Assembly (NCBI GenBank): GCA_034667685.1
Contig: JAXDQU010000011.1
Coordinates: forward strand, 1-64,000
Length of the DNA: 64,000 nt
Origin: Thermoplasmata archaeon
GTDB taxonomy: Archaea > Thermoplasmatota > SW-10-69-26 > JACQPN01 > JAJPHT01
Reading direction: 5' to 3'
Positions 1-9,732 of this stretch are shown here, one piece after another; position 1 is the stretch's first letter; every line of letters begins with the position of its first letter. A program made the position numbers and the translations under genes. Under the pieces are notes generated by a model. It did no database searches. It was not told where the DNA came from and saw only the letters and a list, made by a program, of their open reading frames with translations.

Positions 1-2030
1 CCGGCGGGGCGCTGCGCCATCGCGTCCTCGCCCGTGAGCAGCCGCCGCGCCTTCTCGACCTGCTCGCGCGAGCCCAGGATGCCCAGGATGTCGCCCGGCT
101 CGATCATGAGGTCCGCGGGCGGGTTGAGGACGCTGCGCCCCGCGCGCTCGTGCGTGACGATGGCGGCGCCCGTCTTCTGCGGGAGCTGCAGGTCGCGGAT
201 GCGCTTGCTCGCGGCGCGCGCGCCGGGCGACACGATGAGGCTCTGCGCGTGCATGTCCCACGGGCTCTGCGCGCGGATGAGCGCGAGGAGCTTGTCGCGC
301 GTGCCGGGCGCCTCCTCGTCGCCTTCGAGCACGACGTCGAGCGCCTGGCTGATCTGGCGGTCGAGGCGGCGGATCGCGCCGCGCAGGATGAGCAGCGCGA
401 ACGCCACGAGGACGAGGGCGCCCGCGAGGAGCGGGAGCGGCGGCACGAAGGCGGCGCCCGCGGCGAAGAGGACGGCGCCGGTGAGCAAGGCGAGGAAGAC
501 GTAGAGCGTCCGGCGCAGCACCGCCGCGGCCGCCGCGCCCGCCCCGCTGGCCTGCTCGGGCGGGATGATCGCCTCGGAGAGGTGGCGGACCAGCGTGCGC
601 GCGGCGCGGGCGAGCCCCACGAGCATCACGACGCCCAGGAGCGCGAAGGCGGCGATCGACGCGATGCGCCAGGCGTACGCCACGCCCCCGGCGGCGAGGC
701 GGCCGTCCATGAATGCCGCGGCGATGCCCGTGAACGCGAGCAGCAGCACGAAGACCGCGGCGCGGGCGACGTCGGCGCGGCGCAGGCCGCCCTCGAACGC
801 CTCGCGGCCGCCCCGGCGCCGGCGCGCGCGCTGCGCCCACGCCGAGTACGTCGCCGCGAAGTCGCGCACCCCCGCGGGCGCCGCGCGCGAGGCGCCCCGG
901 ATGATGACGTCGCTGCGGCGCACGAGGAACGGCGTCGCCAGCGTCGTGAGCGCCGAGACGCCCACGGCGATCGGCAGGAGGAACGCGGGCGAGGTCTGCG
1001 CCGCGATGACGAAGCTGAACTCGCCGATCATCGCCATGCCGATGCCCACGCGCAGGGCCTCGGTGGCCGGATAGCCGGCGATGAACGTCGCGCCCGAGAC
1101 GGCGACGACCTTGCCCACCAGCGTGACCCCGGCGAGGAGCACGACGAGCTGCCAGTGGGCCAGCAGCGTCGCCGGATCGAGCAGGATGCCGGTGGAGACG
1201 AAGAAGACCGCCGTGAACACGTCGCGCAGCGGCGCGATGCGGTGCTCGACCGCGGCGGCGGCGCGCGACTCCGCGACGATGGCGCCCGCGATGAACGCGC
1301 CCAGCGCCACCGAGAGCCCGAGCGCGACCGCGCTCATGGAGACGGCGAACGCGATGCCCACCACGAGCAGCACGAGGATCGCCTCCACGCGCATGGTGGC
1401 GACCTTGTCCACGACGCGCGGGACCACGGCGAGGCCCAGCACGAGCGCGACCGCGGCGAAGAGCGCGATCTTCAGCGCGACGCTCCCGACGGCCGCCACG
1501 CCCAGCGGCGTCGTCGCCGTGGGCAGCATCGCCAGGAGCACGATCGCCACGAGGTCCTCCACGAGCAGGATGCCGAAGATGACCTCGCTCGATCCGTGCC
1601 CCGCGCGGCCGAGGTCCTGGAGCGTCTTGACGACGAGCGTCGTGGACGAGATGGCGAGGATCGCGCCCAGCACGAACGCGCTCCCCAGGCTCCAGCCCAG
1701 CGCGCGGCCCACGACGAAGCCGACGCCCACCATGAGCGCGGTCTCCAGCGTGCCGGCGGTCAACGCGAGCCCGCCGACGCGCCGGAGCCTCCCCAGGTGG
1801 AAGTCGAGCCCGAGGCCGAAGAGCAGGAAGACGATGCCAAGCTGCGCCAGCGCGCTGATGTCCGCCGCGTTGCCGATGAGCGGCACGGGCGAGGCGTGCG
1901 CGACGAGGACGCCGGCCACGAGATAGCCCAGGATCGCGGGGAGCCTGAGCAGGTGGAAGCCCAACGCGACGATGCCCGCCGTGACGAGGACGACAGCGAG
2001 GTCCTTCACCAGCGTGAGGTCCTCGGCCAT
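1..2030 (-). CDS. CPA2 cation:proton antiporter (KefC-like) with C-terminal TrkA-C domain; runs off the window start
   Basis: Manual minus-strand translation from ATG 2030: MAEDLTLVKDLAVVLVTAG..LPAILGYLVAG..LGIVFLLFGLGLDFH..ISSTTLVVK..GILLVED; C-terminal IRDLQLPQKTGAAIV..NPPADLMIEPGD. Absent from the ORF track because no stop lies inside the window. Confidence 0.88.
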   Translation of the reverse strand, partial: MAEDLTLVKDLAVVLVTAGIVALGFHLLRLPAILGYLVAGVLVAHASPVPLIGNAADISALAQLGIVFLLFGLGLDFHLGRLRRVGGLALTAGTLETALMVGVGFVVGRALGWSLGSAFVLGAILAISSTTLVVKTLQDLGRAGHGSSEVIFGILLVEDLVAIVLLAMLPTATTPLGVAAVGSVALKIALFAAVALVLGLAVVPRVVDKVATMRVEAILVLLVVGIAFAVSMSAVALGLSVALGAFIAGAIVAESRAAAAVEHRIAPLRDVFTAVFFVSTGILLDPATLLAHWQLVVLLAGVTLVGKVVAVSGATFIAGYPATEALRVGIGMAMIGEFSFVIAAQTSPAFLLPIAVGVSALTTLATPFLVRRSDVIIRGASRAAPAGVRDFAATYSAWAQRARRRRGGREAFEGGLRRADVARAAVFVLLLAFTGIAAAFMDGRLAAGGVAYAWRIASIAAFALLGVVMLVGLARAARTLVRHLSEAIIPPEQASGAGAAAAAVLRRTLYVFLALLTGAVLFAAGAAFVPPLPLLAGALVLVAFALLILRGAIRRLDRQISQALDVVLEGDEEAPGTRDKLLALIRAQSPWDMHAQSLIVSPGARAASKRIRDLQLPQKTGAAIVTHERAGRSVLNPPADLMIEPGDILGILGSREQVEKARRLLTGEDAMAQRPA

Positions 2031-2096
2031 CGCGCCCGATCAGGCGGGGAAGGCGCAAAACGGTGTCGTCACGTGGCGTGCGACCTCACAAGAAGG

Positions 2097-2272
2097 CGGC
2101 CGGAGCCTCCGAAGCCGTGTTGGGATCGTGGGCGCGCTCCGCGCGAGAGCATCCCGAATCACGAAGACCCGAATCACGCCTTTTCTCGTCGTGATTCGGG
2201 TCTTCGGGATTCGGGTGATCCCCGCCGGAGGCGGCCCAAACCGACATCAGGGAGCGTCGGAGGCTTCGGCCG
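2097..2272. repeat. Nested inverted-repeat element (REP/MITE-like hairpin)
   Basis: Outer arms 2097-2112/2257-2272 (15/16 complementary); inner arms 2153-2178/2190-2215 (25/26). Confidence 0.8.
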
Positions 2273-2298
2273 GCGGCCTTCGTGTGGGAGCGTGCGTT

Positions 2299-5076
2299 TC
2301 AACCCAGCAGCTTGCGCAGCTTCTCCACGGCCTGCTTCGCGTCGCCTACGCCGAAGTCCGGGATGCTGCCCTGCGCGAGGTTGTCCTTGCCACCGGCGCG
2401 GCCTGCCGCGAGCTTCTTCGCGATGGCGACTGCGTTGGTGCCGGCGACCACGAAATGACCGTGGGGGTTGGCCACAACGATGGCGTGGCCAGGCATCTGC
2501 TTGGCGTACTCCATCGCCAACGTTCGGAGGGTTCCGGCGTCAACGGGCTTGATGGCTGCGACCACCTTCGTCCCCTCCGTGTGCGTGTCGAAGTCGGGCG
2601 CGAAGCTCTTGGACTCCAGCTCCGCGAGGCGCGCCTTGAGCGACTCGATCTCCTTGCGCTGCTGCTTCCACTCCTCGAAGAAGCGCTGCGTCGTCTTCGG
2701 CAGCTCCTCGGGCTGGACGGAGAGCGTCTCGGCCGCGGCCTTGAGCAGCTCGTCCTTCTTCTGCATCTGGCGGATCGCGGCGAGGCCGGCGCTGAACTCG
2801 ATGCGCTCCAGGCCGTCCTGCACGCGCTCGCTGCGGAGGATCTTGATCGGGCCAATCTCGGTGGTCGTGGCCACGTGCGTGCCGCCGCAGCACTCGACGT
2901 CATAGTCCTGGACGGTCACGACGCGCACGTCGTGCCCCTTGGGGATGCCGCCCTGGTAGAGCTGCATGCCGAACTTCTTCTCGGCCTGGTCGCGCGGCAT
3001 CCAGACCTTGTCGACCTTGCGGTCGTCGAGCACCGCCTTGTTGGCGAGCTCCTCGATGGCGCGCAGCTGGTCGTCCGTGATGCGGTTGTAGTGCTGGATG
3101 TCGACGCGGCTGCGCTCGTACCCCTTCTGCGCGCCGCCCTGCCAGGTGTGGAAGCCGAGCACCTGCTTGGCGCTCGCGAGGATCAGGTGCGTCGCGGTGT
3201 GGTGGCGCGTGTGGCCGGTGCGCCGGTCCCAGTCCACGTGGCCGTGGACCTTGTCGCCCTTGCGGAACGTGGCGCCGCGCACCTTGTGCACGACGACGTT
3301 GCCGTTCGGGGTCGCGTACTTCTGCACGTCGATGATATCAGCGACCGGGCCCTTCTCGTGACCGTGGTCGCCCACATGGATGTGCCCGACGTCGTGCGGC
3401 TGGCCGCCGCCCTCGGGGTAGAAGCACGTCTGGTCGAGGACCACGAGATCGCCCTCGGCCCACACGACGTTCGCGTGGAAGTCGCGCACCGTGCTGTCCT
3501 CGTAGTAGATGGCGCGCGTCGGCGGGAGCGCGTCGAAGCGCTTGTCCTCCTTCGCCGCGTCGTAGTCCTCCGACTCGCCGGCCTTCGCCTTGGCGTGCTT
3601 GTTAGCGACCGCGCTGTAGAAGTCGTCGGGCACGTCGACCTTGACGCCGAGGGGCTCCGCGGTGGCCTTCACGATCTCGGGATTCAAGCCCTGCGTGTCG
3701 TAGAGGTCGATGAGCTTCTCCAGCGGGAACTCCTTGCCCTTGAACGCCTTGGCCTCGCGCTCCACGAGGCGCTTGCCCTTCTCCAGCGTCTCGTGATAGC
3801 GCGCGGTCTCCAGCTCCAAGACCGTGTGGATGTACTCGCGGTGCGCGAACAGCTCGGGGAAGTCCGTCGCGAACGCCTGGAGCTGGCGGTTCACGATATC
3901 AAAGAGCGAGAGCTTGAGGCCCAGCTCGTCCATCAGGCGCAGGCTCCGGCGGATGACCATGCGCATCAGGTAGCCGGCCTTGACGTTGGAGGGGACGATG
4001 CCGTCGCCCAGCATGAACGCCAGGCAGCGCGCATGGTCCGTGAGCGCGTAGATCTTCTCGAGGGGCTCCCAGATACGGAGGAGATCCTCGAAGGGGACGT
4101 CATCTCCCTTCTCGCGCAGCGCGGCGTGCACCTTGCGGCGAAGCTCCAGCACCTTCGTGCCGGTGTCCACCGACATGATGCTGGAGGCGCGCGCCGTGTC
4201 CGCCAACATGCGCTGGATGCGCGGGTCGCGCACCGTCTGCCCGAGGTTCGTCTCGTCGAGCAGGAAGCGCACGGCGTCCGGGAAGAGGGAGTCGTAGATG
4301 GTGGGCGCGCCGTTGCTCATCCAGACGAGGCGCTCCAGGCCATAGCCCGTGTCCACGATCTTGAGCGGCATGTCGCGGTACTTCTCGCCCTTCACGTCGA
4401 TGGGGCCGTTGGGGTCCGCGACCCACATCATGAAGACGAGCGTGGCGACCTCCAGGCCGCGGATCATGACCTCGATGGCCGGGCCCGCGTTGCCGCCGCC
4501 GGCCCACGGGTTCTCCTTGTACGTGATCTCCGCACCGGGCATGCCAAGCTCCTTCGTGAGGAACTCGTGGCAAAGCTCGACGGTGCGGTCCTTGAAATAG
4601 AAGTGCTCCTCGGGCGTGTTGAACACGTGGTGCGCCATCATCTCGAACGTCGTGAGGTGGCGGCCCGACTTGCCCACGGAGTCCAGGTCGTTGAGCCGGA
4701 TGCACGGCTGCGAGATCGTGAGCGGGTTGGCGGGCGGCGCGACCTCGCCGCTGGTCACGTGCGGCTGGAAGTCCGCGATGCTGGCGATCGTCAGGTAGAT
4801 GTCGTCCCTCCAGCGGGCGACGACGGGATAGCGCGCCACGCGGTGGTGCCCCTTCCGCTCGAAGAAGCCCAGGAACGCCTCGCGCATCTCGTGGAGCGTG
4901 TACGGGCGCTTCGTCGCGGGGTTCCCGATGAACGAGTACTGCACGCAGGGCGGGTCGCCGCAAAGCTCGCGCTTGGCGTCCAGCGTCCAGAAGGGTCCCT
5001 TGCACGAGGGGCAGATCCTCCGGTGGAACCCGTTCTGCTTGAAGAAGTCGAGCTGGTACTCCTGCTCCATCGACAT
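2299..5076 (-). CDS. alaS: Alanine--tRNA ligase, archaeal type
   Basis: N-terminal CxxC..CGDPPC, ASIADFQP, SQPCIR, VDTGYGLER, editing-domain HTATH and CCGGTH motifs; start trimmed to MSMEQEY. Confidence 0.97.
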   Translation of the reverse strand: MSMEQEYQLDFFKQNGFHRRICPSCKGPFWTLDAKRELCGDPPCVQYSFIGNPATKRPYTLHEMREAFLGFFERKGHHRVARYPVVARWRDDIYLTIASIADFQPHVTSGEVAPPANPLTISQPCIRLNDLDSVGKSGRHLTTFEMMAHHVFNTPEEHFYFKDRTVELCHEFLTKELGMPGAEITYKENPWAGGGNAGPAIEVMIRGLEVATLVFMMWVADPNGPIDVKGEKYRDMPLKIVDTGYGLERLVWMSNGAPTIYDSLFPDAVRFLLDETNLGQTVRDPRIQRMLADTARASSIMSVDTGTKVLELRRKVHAALREKGDDVPFEDLLRIWEPLEKIYALTDHARCLAFMLGDGIVPSNVKAGYLMRMVIRRSLRLMDELGLKLSLFDIVNRQLQAFATDFPELFAHREYIHTVLELETARYHETLEKGKRLVEREAKAFKGKEFPLEKLIDLYDTQGLNPEIVKATAEPLGVKVDVPDDFYSAVANKHAKAKAGESEDYDAAKEDKRFDALPPTRAIYYEDSTVRDFHANVVWAEGDLVVLDQTCFYPEGGGQPHDVGHIHVGDHGHEKGPVADIIDVQKYATPNGNVVVHKVRGATFRKGDKVHGHVDWDRRTGHTRHHTATHLILASAKQVLGFHTWQGGAQKGYERSRVDIQHYNRITDDQLRAIEELANKAVLDDRKVDKVWMPRDQAEKKFGMQLYQGGIPKGHDVRVVTVQDYDVECCGGTHVATTTEIGPIKILRSERVQDGLERIEFSAGLAAIRQMQKKDELLKAAAETLSVQPEELPKTTQRFFEEWKQQRKEIESLKARLAELESKSFAPDFDTHTEGTKVVAAIKPVDAGTLRTLAMEYAKQMPGHAIVVANPHGHFVVAGTNAVAIAKKLAAGRAGGKDNLAQGSIPDFGVGDAKQAVEKLRKLLG

Positions 5077-5216
5077 GTCCGGAACCCCGAATGGGCCGGC
5101 GAGCCGTGCGCTCCGCCATAAGCATGCGCCCCCCTCCGAGCAGCCAAAAACAGTCAAATACCCCCTGTGGGTTAGGCGCGCCGTGCCCCCGCCCCACCGG
5201 GGAGCGCTTCACATCA

Positions 5217-5290
5217 GGGCCTGTGGGGTAGTCTGGATAACCTGAAAGCTTGCGGAGCTTTTGCCCCGAGTTCAAATCTCGGCAGGCCCA
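5217..5290 (+). tRNA. tRNA-Arg(GCG)
   Basis: Acceptor stem GGGCCTG/CAGGCCC, anticodon arm AAAGC-TT-GCG-GA-GCTTT, T-loop GTTCAAATC; no encoded CCA. Confidence 0.93.
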
Positions 5291-5558
5291 TACCCAAGAA
5301 TCGAGTTCCTGGGACCGGGAACGATGTCCCAAGCCCGCCTCCGGGGCTGGCGCCGGAGACCCGGTTCGGTCGCTGTCTTCTCTTCGTTGCTGATCGTTTC
5401 GCTGGCTTCCGCGAAGGCCGACAGGGCGGTGCTGCAATTCGCGAGACTTGAATCGGGTCGATCCGCAATTCACAAAACTGCCCGAATCGTTAATCAGAGG
5501 GCGCGCGTATTCACATCTGGCGCCGAGACGTTAAGAAGCGCCGAGCGGGCACGCGGAC

Positions 5559-6707
5559 ATGGACCCAAGCAGCTTCCAACACAGCAAGGGAACGCTTGGG
5601 ACTGCTACTCATGAAGGCGTAGAGTACGCGTACTTCGTGCCTCCCCCGCCGCCCGTGTCTCTTGCGTATGACGACGAGCTGGCGAGCCTGCTTGCCGAAG
5701 CGCGCGGCCGCCTTGGCGAGCTCAACGTCCTCGCCGAGAAGGAGCTTCCCGACGCGCGCCTGTTCATGCGTCCGTACTTGCGGCGCGAGGCGGTGCTCAG
5801 CAGCCGCATCGAGGGAACGATCGCGACGCTCGCAGACGTCTACGCAGAGGAGACAGGCGAAGTCCGCAAGGATGCCAGCGAAGTCCTTTCGTACGTCCGC
5901 GCGCAGGACGAAGGCATCCAGGCCCTCCGTGCGGGCCGGCGGCTCGACCTGCCCTTGCTGCGCGAGCTGCACGAGACGCTCCTTCGATCGAGCCGCGGCC
6001 ACGACAAGAGCCCGGGGCAATTCCGCGAAGCACAGGTCTGGCTTGGCGGCACCGGTGGGCCTCGGAACGCCACCTACGTCCCGCCCAGGCCGGGCGAACC
6101 CATGGAGGGCGCGCTGCGCGACTTCGAATCGTATCTGCGCGATCCGCCCAAGACGCATCCCCTCGTCCAAGCCGCGCTGGCGCACTACCAGTTCGAGGCG
6201 ATCCATCCCTTCGTTGACGGGAACGGCCGCATCGGGCGCCTCATGATCACGCTCTTCCTTCTCGAGCGCACGACGCTTCGGGAGCCCCTGCTCTATCTCA
6301 GCGCGTTCTTCGAGAAGAACCGCCAGAGCTACTACGACCACCTGCGGCACGTCAGCGAGACCAGCGAATACCACGGCTGGATCCAGTTCTTCCTCGAAGG
6401 CGTCATCGCCCAGACCGGGGACGCTCTCGAACGCGGGGATCGGCTGCTCGCGCTTCGCGACGATTACAGGGCAAGGCTCGAAGCCCACGGCGCGCGAGAC
6501 ACCGCGAAGCGCGTCCTCGATTTCGCTTTCGAGCGCCCGTTCTTCACGATCGGGGACGCCGCTGTGGCTTCGAAGGTGGCCTTCCCGACCGCCCAGCGAA
6601 TCATCGAGGACCACCTCGTCCCGATCGGAGTCCTCCGGGAGGTCACCGGGAAGCAGCGCCATCGCCGTTTCCTCGCGGACGAGATCCTCGCGACGCTCGA
6701 AGCTTGA
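5559..6707 (+). CDS. Fic family protein (N-terminal inhibitory helix, C-terminal HTH)
   Basis: HPFVDGNGRIGR Fic motif; SSRIEG inhibitory (S/T)xxxE(G/N) motif. Confidence 0.92.
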   Translation: MDPSSFQHSKGTLGTATHEGVEYAYFVPPPPPVSLAYDDELASLLAEARGRLGELNVLAEKELPDARLFMRPYLRREAVLSSRIEGTIATLADVYAEETGEVRKDASEVLSYVRAQDEGIQALRAGRRLDLPLLRELHETLLRSSRGHDKSPGQFREAQVWLGGTGGPRNATYVPPRPGEPMEGALRDFESYLRDPPKTHPLVQAALAHYQFEAIHPFVDGNGRIGRLMITLFLLERTTLREPLLYLSAFFEKNRQSYYDHLRHVSETSEYHGWIQFFLEGVIAQTGDALERGDRLLALRDDYRARLEAHGARDTAKRVLDFAFERPFFTIGDAAVASKVAFPTAQRIIEDHLVPIGVLREVTGKQRHRRFLADEILATLEA

Positions 6708-6759
6708 CCCTGGCGCGCGACACGGATCACTTCTTGAGGCGCGTGCCACCTCTCCGCGC

Positions 6760-7212
6760 ATGGACCGCCCGCACGTCACGATCCGGTACCGGCGCGACGT
6801 CCCGCACCCCATCGAGCCCGCCTTCGCCTGGCTCACCGACTACCAAGACGACGACCCCGCGTTGACGACGGCCCTCGTCCGGGAGCGGCGTGTCGTGGCG
6901 CGCAAGAGCGACGAGGTCCACTTCGAGGGCGCGCTCCACACGTTGGGCCGCCTCATGCCGGGGACGGGCAGCGTCAAGCTGTACCCCGAGGAGCACCGCT
7001 GGGTGGCGACGCTGGGGCGCCACTGGATGGTCAACGAGTACCGGCTGACGTCCACGGCGGCCGGCTGCCGGCTCGACGTCGAGTATCGGATCTACCCGCG
7101 CAAGTGGACGCGCCGCCTCGCCGTGTGGCTCGCCAAGCCGAGGCTGAAGCGCGAGATTGGCACGATGTGGGACGGCTTCTTCGCGCAGATGGACAAGGAC
7201 CTGGGAAGGTGA
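6760..7212 (+). CDS. SRPBCC/polyketide cyclase-like protein
   Basis: 150 aa, PxExAFxWLTDY N-terminal pattern and C-terminal helix. Confidence 0.55.
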   Translation: MDRPHVTIRYRRDVPHPIEPAFAWLTDYQDDDPALTTALVRERRVVARKSDEVHFEGALHTLGRLMPGTGSVKLYPEEHRWVATLGRHWMVNEYRLTSTAAGCRLDVEYRIYPRKWTRRLAVWLAKPRLKREIGTMWDGFFAQMDKDLGR

Positions 7213-7412
7213 CCCGCCCGACTGCGTTCCGTCTCATCGGCCGAGGCCTTGGCGGAGGGGGGTGCGACGGGCGGGGATTGACCCACGCGTCAGCGTCCCG
7301 TGTCATCGTCTCCACCCGCGCGGTTGAGGCGCGGGCGTCGATCTCGCGGGGTGCGTAGCAACGCGCGGGGAACACCGATGCCGCGGCCAGCGCCTTCAGC
7401 CTTCCGGGCGCC

Positions 7413-7856
7413 CTACGCTTCCAGCTCGTACGCGAGCACCTCGACGCCATCCTCGGCGCGCCACGGCTCGCCCGCGCGCGCGAAGCCGGCCTTCTCCAGC
7501 ACGCGGCGGGAGGCCCGGTTGTGCGCCGCGACGACCGCGCGCAGCGGGCGCTCGGCGTGCTCCGTGAGGAAAGTGCGGACGGCGGCGGTGGCCAGACCAC
7601 GTCCCCAGTGTGCCCGGTCGATCCAGTAGCCCAGCTCGCGGTGACCGTCACGCGTGAAGACGACGAGGTAGCCCACGATGACGCCCCCTTTGACGATGAC
7701 GCGCTTCACCACCGTGGGGTCCGGCAGGATCTTCGCCCAGTGCGCCTCGAACCCGGCGCGATCACGGCTGGGCACGGCGGCCATCGAGGCGGAGACCGGA
7801 TCGCCTTGCATCGCGAAGATGGCGTCGAGATCCTCGCGCCGGACTTCGCGCAGCAT
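7413..7856 (-). CDS. GNAT N-acetyltransferase (RimJ/RimL-like)
   Basis: ELGYWIDRAHWGRGLAT, NRASRRVLEKAGF; ATG overlaps the ilvE stop. Confidence 0.88.
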   Translation of the reverse strand: MLREVRREDLDAIFAMQGDPVSASMAAVPSRDRAGFEAHWAKILPDPTVVKRVIVKGGVIVGYLVVFTRDGHRELGYWIDRAHWGRGLATAAVRTFLTEHAERPLRAVVAAHNRASRRVLEKAGFARAGEPWRAEDGVEVLAYELEA

Positions 7857-8812
7857 CAGAGCGGCGTCAGCGGGATCGGGCACTCCGCGGGCACGGGCGT
7901 GAGCAGGTGCGCGTACTGCGGGATCTTGCCGCGGACGCTGCTCTGGAAGCGCGCCTGGATCTGCTTCGTGATGGGGCCGACGTCGTTCTCGTTGAGGACG
8001 ACGTGGTCCACCTTGCCGATGGGGCTGATCTCGACGCCGGTGCCGCAGAAGAACAGCTCGTCCGCGGTGTAGAGCTCGGCGCGGGCGATCGTGCGCACTT
8101 CGACGGGGATGCCGAGGTCCTTGGCGAGGCGCATGACGTGCGTGCGCGTCACGCCGTCGAGGATGTCGTTGCTGTAGCCGGGCGTGATGAGGTGGCCGTC
8201 CTTCACGACGAAGATGTTGGCGCCCGAGCCCTCGCTCACGTAGCCGTTGCGGTTGAGCATGATGGCGTCGTCGAAGCCCGCGTCGCGCGCCTCCTTGGCC
8301 GCGAGGTAGCTGTTCGCGTAGCCGCCGTTGACCTTGGCGAGCGGCGGGATGACGTTGCCCGGGATGCGGACCCACGAGCTGACCTTGACCGAGAGCGTGG
8401 GCTTGCCGAAGTACGAGCCCATCGGGACGGCCATGATGAGCGTCTTCTGGGCCTGCGTCTTGGGGAAGATGCCGATGCCGCCCTCGCCGTAGTAGATGAC
8501 AGGGCGCAGGTAGACGTCGCCGCTGAACTCGTTGCACGAGAGCGCGTAGAGCTGCCACTCGCGCAGCGTCTTCCAGTCGGGCGTCTGCGAGAAGCCCATC
8601 ATCTTGGCGTTGCGCTCCAGGCGCTTGCTGTGGGCGTCGAGCTCGAAGACGTTGAGCCGGCGCGACTCCTCGTTCCAGTAGGCGCGGACGCCCTCGAAGA
8701 CGGCGGTGCCGTAGAGGAAGCCGTGGGTGGAGACGTGGATCGTGGCCTTCTCCCAGGGCACGAGCTTGCCGTCCATGATCACGCGCGGGTTCGCAGGAGC
8801 GCCGGCGGACAT
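7856..8812 (-). CDS. ilvE: Branched-chain amino acid aminotransferase
   Basis: YGTAVFEGVRAY, AKVNGGY, EGSGANIF, ILDGVTR, DELFFCGTG. Confidence 0.93.
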   Translation of the reverse strand: MSAGAPANPRVIMDGKLVPWEKATIHVSTHGFLYGTAVFEGVRAYWNEESRRLNVFELDAHSKRLERNAKMMGFSQTPDWKTLREWQLYALSCNEFSGDVYLRPVIYYGEGGIGIFPKTQAQKTLIMAVPMGSYFGKPTLSVKVSSWVRIPGNVIPPLAKVNGGYANSYLAAKEARDAGFDDAIMLNRNGYVSEGSGANIFVVKDGHLITPGYSNDILDGVTRTHVMRLAKDLGIPVEVRTIARAELYTADELFFCGTGVEISPIGKVDHVVLNENDVGPITKQIQARFQSSVRGKIPQYAHLLTPVPAECPIPLTPL

Positions 8813-8874
8813 GCTGGCGCAGCACGCGGGCTCCGTTAAGAAGCTTTCCCGGACGCCGCCCGACAGATGTCCGG

Positions 8875-9150
8875 TCAGGAGAGCTTGTACCCGGCTTTCT
8901 CCAGGTATTCGCGCACCTCGCGGCGATGGTCGCCCTGGAGCTCGATGGTGCCGTCGCGGACCGTGCCGCCCGTGCCCATCGCCTGCTTGAGCTGCTTGCC
9001 GAGCATGGCGATGTCGACGGTGGGGTCGAACCCATCGAGGACCGTGACGCTCTTGCCGTACCGACGCGTGTCGAGGCGCACGTTCACGAGGCTGCTGTCG
9101 ATGGCGAGGGCGTCTTCGAGGCCGAGGGCCTCTTCCAGATCCTTCCGCAT
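8875..9150 (-). CDS. sui1: Translation initiation factor SUI1/aIF1
   Basis: RRYGKSVTV..LKQAMGTGGTVRDGTIELQGDHR. Confidence 0.9.
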   Translation of the reverse strand: MRKDLEEALGLEDALAIDSSLVNVRLDTRRYGKSVTVLDGFDPTVDIAMLGKQLKQAMGTGGTVRDGTIELQGDHRREVREYLEKAGYKLS

Positions 9151-9522
9151 GGGTGAGGCACCATCGGCGCGCCCAGAGCTTAAGCCTACTCGGGCTCCGC
9201 CGTTCCAAAGAGCCTGAGCGCCTCGCGCCACGCCTTGTCGGTGTCGAGGAGCGCGCATCGCGACGTGGGTAAGGCGCTTGTCCGACTCGCCGCCCGCGCG
9301 GGAGAGCGCTTCGAGCATCTCGTCCGCGATCGTCGCGCGCCGCGCCCGCGATGCGCCACGTCCGCAACGGCCAGCGCGCGCTTGCCCACGTAGTGGAAGA
9401 GGAGGAGCGCGCTGCCGAGCAACACCGCGCCGGCGCGGACGACGTCGAGCGGGGACGCGCCGAACCCGCGCTCGGGGAGAAGCCGGTCGGAGCGTAGGAA
9501 GACCCACGCGACGAGCAGCGCC

Positions 9523-9708
9523 ATGAGCGCGGAGACCGCGGTCGCCAAGCTCCGCGAGCGCGCCTATGACGCGCTCCTGGCCGACTGCTCCATGGCGTGG
9601 AGGGACAGCATCGAGCTGCTGGAGGCCGCGCGGCGCGCGGAGATCCACGGCTTCGTCCAGAAGCCGGTCTCCGCCGAGAAGCTGAAGGCCGTTCTCGACG
9701 GGCTTTAA
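9523..9708 (+). pseudogene. Degenerate response-regulator receiver fragment
   Basis: YDALLADCSM..DSIELL..FVQKP resembles CheY-like DxxM and KP motifs, but only 61 aa. Confidence 0.4.
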
Positions 9709-9732
9709 TCCGCGCGGCCCGCTGCGCCTCGC

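Noticed and set aside
150-5121. Long plus-strand ORFs 150-2552 and 1972-5121
   Set aside because: Antisense shadows of the antiporter and alaS caused by high GC; no motifs
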